Shown here: positions 33,979-42,884 of the stretch, piece after piece
Layout of the letters: each line of letters starts with the position of its first letter
Position numbering within the stretch: the stretch's first letter is position 1
NCBI GenBank assembly: GCA_965249545.1
Contig: CBDFMH010000005.1
Location: 1,223,116 to 1,287,115, forward strand
Direction: 5' to 3'
DNA length: 64,000 nucleotides
From: Pirellulales bacterium
Lineage (GTDB): Bacteria > Planctomycetota > Planctomycetia > Pirellulales > UBA1268
The notes under the pieces: generated by a model
Database searches by the model: none
Told to the model about the DNA's origin: nothing
The model's input: the letters and a program-made list of their open reading frames with translations, nothing else
Translations under genes and position numbers: made by a program

Positions 33979-36822
33979 TTGTCTTTGATACGGAATAGAA
34001 GAGTGCACCCACCCCAACCACGACTCATAGTTCAAACGACTTTTTTCGCCAGCCTCCTCGTGGGGTCGTGTTTCTTATTCGCAGTTGAAGCGAGTGTCCA
34101 GGATGATGAGCGGTTCTTTGAATCAAAAGTGCGACCGCTTCTCGTATCAAAATGTTACGAGTGCCATTCTTCAGATATTTCAGAGGCCGGCCTGAGGCTC
34201 GATAGCCATCGATTTGTCTTGCGAGGAAGTGATAATGGTGCAGTAACTACACCTGGAAATATTCCAAAGAGTAAGTTGATCACCGTTATTAAGGCAAGCG
34301 ATGATACATCGATGCCTCCCGATGGAAAACTTGCACCAGAAGAAATCAAAATACTTGAAGAATGGGTTGCGCGAGGTATTCCTTGGAGTGGAGTAGGTTC
34401 CGAAGAAAATCCGCTTGCTAACGGAAGTGATTCCATACCTGAGAGAATTGCTTCAACAAAGAAATCGCATTGGTCATTTCAGCCTATCCTTTTCCATAAT
34501 CCACCGATCTTAAAAGATACATTGCCGGCGCACCTTCGCGAAAAGTGGTCGAACAACCGAATTGACCGGTTTCTTGTCGATGAGATGCTCGAAAAAGGAA
34601 TTCATCCTTCCGAGCAAGCGTCACCCTACGCGCTCATTCGAAGGCTATCCTATGATCTCACCGGCCTTCCTCCCTCTATTGATGATGTTGATGCATTTGT
34701 AGCAAATCCTACTGAGACCGCTTACCGTGCGTATGCAGAGCGTCTCCTTGATTCTGCAGAGCATGCGGAGCACTGGGCTCGCCATTGGCTTGATCTCGCT
34801 CGCTATGCGGACACCATTGGTTATGCATTCGGTGGACAGTCAAATAAGAGTCCATTTGCATGGACGTATCGGGATTGGGTCGTGCAAGCTTTTCGTGATG
34901 ATTTGCCATATAACCGGTTTGTCACACTGCAAGTGGCAGCCGACCTTATAACACCCGAGGTGCCAAAAAAGGATCTTGCAGCACTCGGCTTCCTGACAGT
35001 TGGGCGAACCTTTCGGGGCAATGTTCATGACATTATCGATGATCGAATAGATCTTGTGACTCGTGGATTGATGGGGCTGTCTGTTGCCTGTGCTCGCTGC
35101 CATGATCATAAGTATGAACCGGTCGGTATCGACGACTACTATGCTCTTCATGGCATCTTCGCCAGTACTGAAATACCTGAAAAATTGCCAATTATTGGAG
35201 AGCCTCCGCAGACTCAAGAAGCCAAAGTTTTTGCTGAGAAGATGGTAGAGCTTGAGCAGAACCTTGTTGACCATGAGCAGGCAATCTATGACCGAGCCCT
35301 TCGAGAAGCAGTTGCACATGCTGCAGATTATCTGATTGAAGTTGCTCGGCCGTCGGAAAAGAAGGATGGAAGATTGCCGCAAATGCAGGATGGTTATGAG
35401 ATAAGGCCTCTCATCCTTGGGCGGCTGGAGAGACTTCTTCGTGCCAAGAATCCCTCTCACCCTATTCTTGGTCCCTGGGTTCAGCTTTCCAAAGTACCTG
35501 ATGATACGTTTGCAGCTGATGCTGGTGGGATACTGAATCAATGTATTAGGTCTATTCCTAATCTCAATATGTGCGTTGAGCAGGAGCTTATTTCTACAAA
35601 GCCTCATTCACTGAATGATCTTGCAGCTGCGTACGGCCGTCTTATTGCAAGAGTTGTTGACAGAGAAAATGAAGAAGCGAAGGGTCTGATTAAGGAGTCA
35701 AAAGATCTGCATTCGCTCTGGTTAGTATTTGGCAAAGTAGGAACCCCCTTTGTCGTTCTGGAAAATGAGTGGAAGAGTGTCTCGAAGCGATCGGAGCGAG
35801 ACGAACACAGCAAAAGAAAGAGGAAAATGCTTGCCCATCAGGCAGACGCACCTGGTGGTCCTCCTCGAGCCATGGTCCTTGTTGATAAAGCCAAACCGAC
35901 TGAGAGTTTTGTCTTCTTACGGGGGAGTCCAGGGAGGCGAGGAGAAAAGATAGACCGGCGAGTTCCTCAGATTCTCGGCGGGGAGCTTGTTGACAAACAA
36001 ACAAGTGGTCGCCGTGATCTTGCAGACATGATTGTAAATCCTGAAAATCCTCTCACAGCTCGTGTCTTTGTGAACTGGGTATGGACCCATCATTTTGGTC
36101 AGGGTCTTATCCCTACTCCGGGAGATCTTGGTTTGCGGGGCGATCCTCCATCCCATCCGGAATTACTCGATGACCTTGCAAGGCGATTTATTGATGAAGG
36201 GAAATGGAGCGCACGATGGCTTCATCGAGAGATCATTTTCAGTCAGGCTTGGCGGCAATCATCAATCGCACAACCAGAAGTATTAGTGAGGGACCCAGAG
36301 AATATGTACTACAGCCGATCTCGTCGTCGGCGTCTTTCTTGGGAGTCTTGGCGAGACAGCCTTCTCGTGGCTGCAGGTACACTTCAGCTCAGCCCACGTG
36401 GTGGCCCGGGCATAGATCCGCTTGACCCAAGTAACGGTGCGAGGCGAACGCTTTATAGCTGGGTTGATCGACAGGATGTGCCTGGGATTTTGAGGGCGTT
36501 TGACATTGCTAACCCAGATACGGCAGTCCATGTTCGACCTGCTACGTTGGTTCCTCAGCAGGGTCTTGTCATGTTGAACTCCCCACTCGTTATTGACGCA
36601 GCAAAGAAAGTGGCTGAGCGATTGCCAGACGAATCCAATACTCAAGCACGTATCGAACAGCTTTGGGAAATTGTCCTCGCTCGAAATCCTCGAAGAGACG
36701 AGGTTCAAAGAGTACAAGATTGGATAGAAAGAGCAAAAGGTTCACGATCAGGTGACTTTGGTGTTTGGCCGCAACTTGCTCAAGCACTGATGGCAACAGC
36801 TGAATTTCAATATGTTGATTGA
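33979..36822 (+). CDS. PSCyt2(DUF1549)/PSD1(DUF1553) domain protein, second copy
   Basis: 'CYECHSSD', 'LIRRLSYDLTGLPP', 'CARCHDHKYEP', and a C-terminal 'TAEFQYVD' analogous to the first copy's 'LDEFIMRE'. The start is uncertain: TTG at 33979 or GTG at 34003. Confidence 0.88.
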   Translation: MSLIRNRRVHPPQPRLIVQTTFFASLLVGSCFLFAVEASVQDDERFFESKVRPLLVSKCYECHSSDISEAGLRLDSHRFVLRGSDNGAVTTPGNIPKSKLITVIKASDDTSMPPDGKLAPEEIKILEEWVARGIPWSGVGSEENPLANGSDSIPERIASTKKSHWSFQPILFHNPPILKDTLPAHLREKWSNNRIDRFLVDEMLEKGIHPSEQASPYALIRRLSYDLTGLPPSIDDVDAFVANPTETAYRAYAERLLDSAEHAEHWARHWLDLARYADTIGYAFGGQSNKSPFAWTYRDWVVQAFRDDLPYNRFVTLQVAADLITPEVPKKDLAALGFLTVGRTFRGNVHDIIDDRIDLVTRGLMGLSVACARCHDHKYEPVGIDDYYALHGIFASTEIPEKLPIIGEPPQTQEAKVFAEKMVELEQNLVDHEQAIYDRALREAVAHAADYLIEVARPSEKKDGRLPQMQDGYEIRPLILGRLERLLRAKNPSHPILGPWVQLSKVPDDTFAADAGGILNQCIRSIPNLNMCVEQELISTKPHSLNDLAAAYGRLIARVVDRENEEAKGLIKESKDLHSLWLVFGKVGTPFVVLENEWKSVSKRSERDEHSKRKRKMLAHQADAPGGPPRAMVLVDKAKPTESFVFLRGSPGRRGEKIDRRVPQILGGELVDKQTSGRRDLADMIVNPENPLTARVFVNWVWTHHFGQGLIPTPGDLGLRGDPPSHPELLDDLARRFIDEGKWSARWLHREIIFSQAWRQSSIAQPEVLVRDPENMYYSRSRRRRLSWESWRDSLLVAAGTLQLSPRGGPGIDPLDPSNGARRTLYSWVDRQDVPGILRAFDIANPDTAVHVRPATLVPQQGLVMLNSPLVIDAAKKVAERLPDESNTQARIEQLWEIVLARNPRRDEVQRVQDWIERAKGSRSGDFGVWPQLAQALMATAEFQYVD

Positions 36823-36849
36823 TCAATACATTCGAAGAGGATTGAGAGT

Positions 36850-38289
36850 ATGAACTCCAACCAGCTATTCCGAGATTTTTCAAGGCGAGAACTGCTTAAG
36901 CGTTCTGGCCTTGGTGTCGGCTGGATGGCTGCTTCAACAGTTCTTCAAGAGAGTCTCCATGCGAATCCGTCGACTCTGAATCAACATAATCCACATACAC
37001 TTGCGGCACGTCGCCCACACTTTCCTGCGCGTGCAAAAGCAGTCATTCATATTTTTGCAAATGGTGGCCCAAGTCATATCGATACATTTGATCCTAAGCC
37101 AAAACTTGAAGAATATGCTGGTCGTGAAATCCCCGGATCATTGAAAACGGAGCGACGAACAGGAGCGGCGTTACCGTCACCGTTTCAGTTTCAGCAACAT
37201 GGAGAAAGTGGACTGCCGGTGAGCGAACTTTTCCCATCGGTGGCCCGCCATGCTGATCGATTACTTGTTGTTCGATCAATGCACGCAGACGTGCCCAATC
37301 ACGAGCCATCGTTGCTCCTTATGAATTGTGGCGATGGGAGGCTTGTTCGCCCCTCAGCAGGGTCTTGGGTGACATACGGTCTAGGGACAGAAAACCAAAA
37401 CCTTCCAGGCTTTGTTGCAATGTGTCCAGGTGGCTATCCAATATCTGGTCCAGCAAATTGGCGGAGTGCATTTCTGCCAGGTGTGTTTCAGGGAACGTAC
37501 ATCGATACAAAAAAGGAAAATGTCAATGAATTGGTTGAGTGTATTCGCCATCCGGTGCTAGATGAAAAAGTGCAGCGGGAGCAATTTGAGTTGATGACAG
37601 CCCTTGATCGGAAACATCTTCAACAAAGAAAGAACGATGCTGCACTGGAGTCAAGAATCGTCAGTATGGAACTTGCTTGGCGAATGCAGTTTGAAGCAGG
37701 AGAGGCATTTGACGTTACCAAAGAGCCAAAACATATTCTTGAGCGATATGGGGATACACCGCATGGTCGACAATTACTCATTGCAAGGCGGCTTGTAGAA
37801 CGTGGCGTCCGGTATGTTCAGGTTTGGCATGGGAAAGATCAACCATGGGACAGTCACCAGGAAATTGAAAAAAATCATCGAAAGCTTGCTGGTGAGGCCG
37901 ATAAGCCAATTGGTGCATTACTTGATGATTTAGTTGGGCTTGGCCTACTCGATAGCACATTAGTGCTCTGGGGCGGTGAGTTTGGTCGCACACCAACGGT
38001 CGAATTACCCAATGATGCCGGGACAAAAACCGCCACAGGGCGAGATCACAATCACCACGGATTCACAGTTTGGATGGCAGGAGGTGGCGTTCAAGGTGGT
38101 ATGGCATATGGCGCAACAGATGAATTTGGGTTTCAAGCAGTCGAAGATCCCGTTCACGTTCATGATCTTCAAGCGACAATGTTGCATCTGCTAGGACTTG
38201 ATCATAAGAAGTTGACATATCGTCATAGCGGCCGGGATTTTCGCCTCACTGATGTTCATGGTCGCGTCATACATGATTGGCTAGCATGA
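36850..38289 (+). CDS. DUF1501 domain protein, second copy, Tat-type signal
   Basis: 'FSRRELLKRSGLGVGWMAAS', 'GGEFGRTP', 'GRDHNHHG' and 'HDLQATMLHLLGLDHKKLTYRHSGRDFRLTDVHG'. It is colinear with the 24727-26187 product. Confidence 0.9.
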   Translation: MNSNQLFRDFSRRELLKRSGLGVGWMAASTVLQESLHANPSTLNQHNPHTLAARRPHFPARAKAVIHIFANGGPSHIDTFDPKPKLEEYAGREIPGSLKTERRTGAALPSPFQFQQHGESGLPVSELFPSVARHADRLLVVRSMHADVPNHEPSLLLMNCGDGRLVRPSAGSWVTYGLGTENQNLPGFVAMCPGGYPISGPANWRSAFLPGVFQGTYIDTKKENVNELVECIRHPVLDEKVQREQFELMTALDRKHLQQRKNDAALESRIVSMELAWRMQFEAGEAFDVTKEPKHILERYGDTPHGRQLLIARRLVERGVRYVQVWHGKDQPWDSHQEIEKNHRKLAGEADKPIGALLDDLVGLGLLDSTLVLWGGEFGRTPTVELPNDAGTKTATGRDHNHHGFTVWMAGGGVQGGMAYGATDEFGFQAVEDPVHVHDLQATMLHLLGLDHKKLTYRHSGRDFRLTDVHGRVIHDWLA

Positions 38290-38292
38290 GAA

Positions 38293-39366
38293 TCAATCAA
38301 TCGTATCTTGGCCCGAATCCGGACTGGATTGAGAAAGCTTTTCGCGGGCTAAATTAGCCCAAGGGCTCTCGGGTGCCAGTGAAAGAAATCGAAGAAGATG
38401 GTGTTCAGCTTTCTTTTCACACCCGGCCTCCATATGAATTCCTGCGAGGTGCCAGTGCGCATCAGCATATTCAGGTTGTTGCTTGAGGACGCCTTCAAGA
38501 GCGGCGGTTGCCAATTCCACATCGCCCTGTTCAGCAAGAACGCACGCTAGGCTGGCGCGGGCTTCCAAATGATCTTCGTCGAGTTCAATAACCGTATAAT
38601 AGCGTTCTCTTGCAGCGGCCAAATCACCTGCTCGGTATAAGGTTTCTGCGAGCATGAAGGTAACCGATGCACAAGGGCCATCTGCTTGGAGTACGGCTCG
38701 TAAAGCTTCAGAAGCCTCAATGAAATTTCCTGCTGCCTCAAGATCAGCCGCAATGTCGAGAAGTTCTGCTGAAGAAGGGATGTCCGAGGCGTGCTCGTCT
38801 TGGAATTCAATGACAACCTCTGGATAAGAAGTATCAAGGAATGGAGTGAGTGAGAGCGTTTCGGGTAGCTCGACCATCTTGGATGACTCATGGCCCATAT
38901 CAGAATTTATGCCACAGGCATAAAAATCTAACTGCATCTGCCCACCAGCAGACAGAAGATGATCATCACAACGAAGACTGAGTCTATGGCCATCAACAAC
39001 AATCCGATTAATTACTTCAGCAACGCGGAGTTTATCACCCTCTGTGAAAAGATGTATTTTATGACTCAGTTCTCGCAGTGATAAACCTGAGCAAAGCAGT
39101 CGTGAAAGATCCTTTGCGACGACTAACATCGAGTAGTCATACCAATCAATTGAGCCGGAGGACCGCGTGGCGTGAATCAATTTGTTTCGACGCCAGTGGC
39201 GGATAGTTGCCTGGCTGACATCAAGAACATCCGCCATCATTGCTACGGTATAGAGCCGAGTGACTGCGACCGAATCTTCAGGAAAGAGTTCGAATGACTG
39301 AGGGTCATCGAGTAGGGGCCCGTGCAAACAAGCTGTTTGTTCAACATCGGTTCCTGACGGTTTCAT
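38293..39366 (-). CDS. MerR-type HTH protein fused to C-terminal TPR repeats
   Basis: 'YTVAMMADVLDVSQATIRHWRRNKLI' resembles a MerR-family HTH. The C-terminal third has TPR-like 'AEALRAVLQADG...AETLYRAGDLAAARERYYTVIELDEDHLEARASLACVLAEQGDVELATAALEGVLKQQPEYADAHWHLAG'. Confidence 0.65.
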   Translation of the reverse strand: MKPSGTDVEQTACLHGPLLDDPQSFELFPEDSVAVTRLYTVAMMADVLDVSQATIRHWRRNKLIHATRSSGSIDWYDYSMLVVAKDLSRLLCSGLSLRELSHKIHLFTEGDKLRVAEVINRIVVDGHRLSLRCDDHLLSAGGQMQLDFYACGINSDMGHESSKMVELPETLSLTPFLDTSYPEVVIEFQDEHASDIPSSAELLDIAADLEAAGNFIEASEALRAVLQADGPCASVTFMLAETLYRAGDLAAARERYYTVIELDEDHLEARASLACVLAEQGDVELATAALEGVLKQQPEYADAHWHLAGIHMEAGCEKKAEHHLLRFLSLAPESPWANLAREKLSQSSPDSGQDTID

Positions 39367-39419
39367 ATTCAGTAGTACTCAAAGATTTTGAAGAAAAAAA
39401 GGTTCTTGTGTGGTTCGTT

Positions 39420-40289
39420 CTACCTCACGGGCACAGAAGCAATCCAGCCCTCAAGGGTATCAAGATTACGGGGGAGTCCAAAGTTTCGCTGTAATGCGGC
39501 ATGTCCAGCCTGCAGGCTACAGAGAACTGCATCGAGAAGGTCACCGCGAGCATCAGCGATAATATGTTGTCTCCACCTATGATTCGCCTCAAAGCGTATC
39601 GAGAGTCCCGCTTCTCCGGCTGAAACAGCATCAAGAATCATTTTCCTACGAGCCTTTCGTTCAGGTGTCTGCTTTGCTGGAGAGTCGCTCTTGTATGAGC
39701 CTCGGGTGATCTTGCGTGCTGCAAATCCCGGATACGCTTCGAGAGCAATGCGTTTGATGTGACTTCTTTTGCGAGGATAGCGATGCGCAGGAAATGCGAG
39801 GCCAGCCTCAAGCATACGGCCAATGCCCGCATGCATCATCCATGCAACTGGTGGATTTGTCCATCGCATTGCGGGGCTTGAACCCGCAGGCTTATCAGCC
39901 TTCCTCCAGGCAAATTTATTGCCCGGTGGATGAGCATTACACCAGTCACGAAAAGTGTTTCTGAGAAATTCTCGTGACTGTCTACAGAAAAAGTGCACAA
40001 ATTTATCCCATTGTGTCGGCCACTGCTCATGTTCAATAAGTGTACGTGGTTGCCCAAATGGCAAATCAAAACCCCCAATCCAATGAAGTGGTTCAGTTAG
40101 CATGTATTCGAAGTCTTGAAGTGTTTCAATTTCACGAATGGTTTGGAGTCGATAGACAGGATCAGTGGTCGTTGGCATCAAGCCCACGGCAACAGTAATT
40201 GGCTTGCGGTGAGTTGGTGCAGATGAAAAGTCGACACCAAGAAGATATTGATTGTTCACAGGGCAATGCGTCGTAAGGCACAACTGCAT
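39420..40289 (-). CDS. DUF429-like (RNase H-fold) protein
   Basis: 'LLGVDFSSAP' near the N-terminus and 'DLLDAVLCSLQA' near the C-terminus match my memory of DUF429. The gene lies 53 nt upstream of the MerR-TPR gene on the same strand. The family call is unverified. Confidence 0.5.
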   Translation of the reverse strand: MQLCLTTHCPVNNQYLLGVDFSSAPTHRKPITVAVGLMPTTTDPVYRLQTIREIETLQDFEYMLTEPLHWIGGFDLPFGQPRTLIEHEQWPTQWDKFVHFFCRQSREFLRNTFRDWCNAHPPGNKFAWRKADKPAGSSPAMRWTNPPVAWMMHAGIGRMLEAGLAFPAHRYPRKRSHIKRIALEAYPGFAARKITRGSYKSDSPAKQTPERKARRKMILDAVSAGEAGLSIRFEANHRWRQHIIADARGDLLDAVLCSLQAGHAALQRNFGLPRNLDTLEGWIASVPVR

Positions 40290-40546
40290 GTTGTTTCAGC
40301 AGTTGAAAGATCGAAGGGAATGTGTGTTCATGCATCACGCTTTGTGACTCAGACACAATCAAGCAAAAATAGTATAGTGCAACCGACGTATGATGTGAGT
40401 TATGCACGAACCGGTTGGTAGTACACGACTCGTTGCATCGACTTGAGGAGATGACGAAGCAGTACAAAGAAATTGTTACTGTCTGACGAAGTACACCGGA
40501 ACCAACGCAACCGAATGATGTGGTCGTAACCGCGTGCCCAACGCTC

Positions 40547-42229
40547 CTAGGTCGTATGTGTCGTTGGGGGTGCTGGAATTGGTTGAAGTTTCAGTGATGT
40601 CCCAGCAGCTGGTGTCGGTTCTGCTGGCGTTGGGATTTGCTGGTCAATGCCTCCGATAGGTCGATTTGCTTGAATCGGTTTTTCCCCAGATGCAGAAGAT
40701 TCAGTTTCTGGATTGACATGGTTCAATTCTGAATCCTTCCACCCCTCATTACTTGAAGGGGGCACATCAGTGGGTCTGTCACTAAAGGTCTTTATCGGTC
40801 CATTACCTAGGACGGGCGCCTGAGTCGCTGGTGCCTGTGTAGCAGGAGCCAATGTAGGGGCTGTCGAGTTTGCCGGGGTCATTGGAGGAGTTGTAGCTGG
40901 AGGAAGAGCAGGTACTGGTGCAACACCTGGCGCGACAGGGAGTGGGTTTCCACACGGATCAAGGGGTACGCGTGTCACAACAGTACGAGGTTTGCGAACG
41001 ACATATGAGTAAGGGATCTGTTTTGCGACGACTCGTGGTATTTGAGCAGTTCGTTGTTCAGCAACATATTTGCATACCTGTATTGAAATCGGTTCTACGC
41101 GCTGTTCGGCAACATACTTGAGTACCTGAACAGGCACTTGTCGCACCTGCTCCTCAGCAACATATTTGCACACTTGCACCGGAACCTTGTTTTCAACTCG
41201 CTCAACTACTTTTCGGACGGTTTGAACAGGCACCTGTCGAACCTGAACCTCTGGTACCATTTTTAGTGTTTGTACCGGAATTTGTTGAACAACTTGTTCA
41301 TCCACATAGCGAACGGTCTGGACCGGTACTTTTCGAGTAACAACTCGGTTCACGTAGGTTGTCTGTGGTACCTGAACAGGAGTCATTGTTGGTTGGTAAA
41401 CGCGATTGACCTGATTGACAACGACACTTGGGGTAACATTCCATCCAAGCCCACCTCGTCTCCAGGAGGTCACTCCCGTGTAAGGATTGAAGTAGCTCAC
41501 GCGGGGCTGCCAGCCAAGTGACGTATAGCCAGGTGTAACTACTGGGGTAACTGTATCAACAGGAGTACTGCTGACGGAGTACGCAGTTCTCATTGTTGTA
41601 ACAGGTTCAGCGACCGAATATGCCTCCTGCCTCTCTGACGTTTCGTAAACTGGTCGACGAACTGTACTTACCCGCTGCTGAACGCTGGTTTCGTAGACGG
41701 GTTTCATCACCGTGTATCGTTCCTCACGCGTACCTGTTTCGACAACGTCGCGCACAACGTTGTAGCTGCGATCTTGAACCACTGTTTCATAGACAGGCTT
41801 CATGACGGTGTATCGCTCTTCACGATTCTGAGTTTCCCAAACTGGTCGTTGGACGGTGTATCGTCGTTCTCGAGTCTCCGTTTCCCAGACAGGTTTTTGT
41901 ACCGTGTACGTCTTGGTGTCATAAACCGTCTCGTATGTCATCTTGTATGCAGTCATCTTCTGTTCGTCATACACCGTTTGGTAATCCAAACGGTAGGACT
42001 GCGAAACTACCGGTGCTGTGATTGGCTGACCGCAGCATTGAGCGGCAATGGGTGTCGCAGTAAGAAAAGCTGATAGGCCACAGAGCAACACGCCTGCTTT
42101 CATCAAGAAAGGAAGAAGACGATTGACCGACGCCCGCGCAATACAAGGTTGGAAAGAAACCATCACGTAAACTCCGAAAAGGTACTTCGACGACACCTCC
42201 GAGCCTAATTGCTTGGAAATGTCTTTCAA
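40547..42229 (-). CDS. secreted or anchored YTV-repeat protein with a Pro/Thr/Ala-rich C-terminus
   Basis: Hydrophobic N-terminus 'MKAGVLLCGLSAFLTATPIAAQ'. It has repeated 'YTVxKPVxET...RE.R' units and 'VPVQ(T/V)xKYV' units. Possible starts are 42229, 42163 and 42103. Confidence 0.8.
   Translation of the reverse strand: MKDISKQLGSEVSSKYLFGVYVMVSFQPCIARASVNRLLPFLMKAGVLLCGLSAFLTATPIAAQCCGQPITAPVVSQSYRLDYQTVYDEQKMTAYKMTYETVYDTKTYTVQKPVWETETRERRYTVQRPVWETQNREERYTVMKPVYETVVQDRSYNVVRDVVETGTREERYTVMKPVYETSVQQRVSTVRRPVYETSERQEAYSVAEPVTTMRTAYSVSSTPVDTVTPVVTPGYTSLGWQPRVSYFNPYTGVTSWRRGGLGWNVTPSVVVNQVNRVYQPTMTPVQVPQTTYVNRVVTRKVPVQTVRYVDEQVVQQIPVQTLKMVPEVQVRQVPVQTVRKVVERVENKVPVQVCKYVAEEQVRQVPVQVLKYVAEQRVEPISIQVCKYVAEQRTAQIPRVVAKQIPYSYVVRKPRTVVTRVPLDPCGNPLPVAPGVAPVPALPPATTPPMTPANSTAPTLAPATQAPATQAPVLGNGPIKTFSDRPTDVPPSSNEGWKDSELNHVNPETESSASGEKPIQANRPIGGIDQQIPTPAEPTPAAGTSLKLQPIPAPPTTHTT
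40970..41998 (-). repeat. two blocks of in-frame 48-nt (16-residue) tandem repeats inside the YTV gene
   Basis: Block A has Y/S-T/N/S-V at residues 108, 124, 140, 156, 172, 188 and 204. Block B has P(V/I/R)(Q/V) at residues 302, 318, 334, 350, 366, 382 and 398. Both have an exact period of 16 residues, counted by hand. Confidence 0.8.
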
Positions 42230-42362
42230 CCGAATTGTTAGGATTCTTGAGCCTTTTTTCTCGAAAAAATGAGGCTCCAGTCCGTATGAACGGCGTATTC
42301 CATCCAGTTTAAATAAGCGCTGGTAGATGAGAGGGATTGGTGAAAGAAGGCGGCATTTTCTG

Positions 42363-42839
42363 CTAGCTATACCGCTCTAGAAGCCTTCGGCTACGTCTGT
42401 CCAGTTTCTGGACAGCTGGGATAAGGTAGCAAATGCCATCACAATCAGTGATGGAGACGCTCCCGTCCGGTTGCCAGACAACTGCGTCAGAAGAGGCTTG
42501 TTCAAAAGAATTCTGCCCTCGGTCGGTAGTAACATTCCACTGACGGGGTGTTCCTCTTGATACCGACTCAATGAAATGAATCCGTGGTAGGAATTCTTCT
42601 CGTTCTAATTGGCTTTGAATAAATTGTTGATGGGTCAATGAAAGTGAATCAGGGTCCTTAATCCAGATAAGTTCATGACCGTTGCTGTCGACAACAGCGA
42701 CTGGTCCATCAGCAGCCGTGAATGGAAATGCTCGTACAATGCGGACTGCTACATGGCGATCACCTGTGGGTGTAAGCAAGGTGACTTTCTCGTCTGATGA
42801 ACACGTGAATCTACAGTCGTTGATATTCATATAAAGCAC
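42363..42839 (-). CDS. DUF1854 family protein (cyanophycin-cluster associated)
   Basis: 'VRIVRAFPFTAADGPVAVVDSNGHELIWI', 'REEFLPRIHFIESV', 'WNVTTDRG' and the C-terminal 'LDRRSRRLLERY' match my recollection of DUF1854. It lies 45 nt downstream of the ABC gene. Confidence 0.7.
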   Translation of the reverse strand: MLYMNINDCRFTCSSDEKVTLLTPTGDRHVAVRIVRAFPFTAADGPVAVVDSNGHELIWIKDPDSLSLTHQQFIQSQLEREEFLPRIHFIESVSRGTPRQWNVTTDRGQNSFEQASSDAVVWQPDGSVSITDCDGICYLIPAVQKLDRRSRRLLERYS

Positions 42840-42884
42840 GTTCGGTATTCTCGGTATGTGATTTCACTAGGAATTCACACGCAG

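Noticed and set aside
34840-35607. 255-aa ORF antisense to the second PSCyt/DUF1553 gene. Similar long antisense ORFs occur at 2403-3423, 18745-19305, 59442-60008 and 60885-61424.
   Set aside because: Each lies entirely inside a gene with strong family motifs on the other strand. Their translations are low-complexity or odd in composition with no motifs, so they are typical shadow ORFs.
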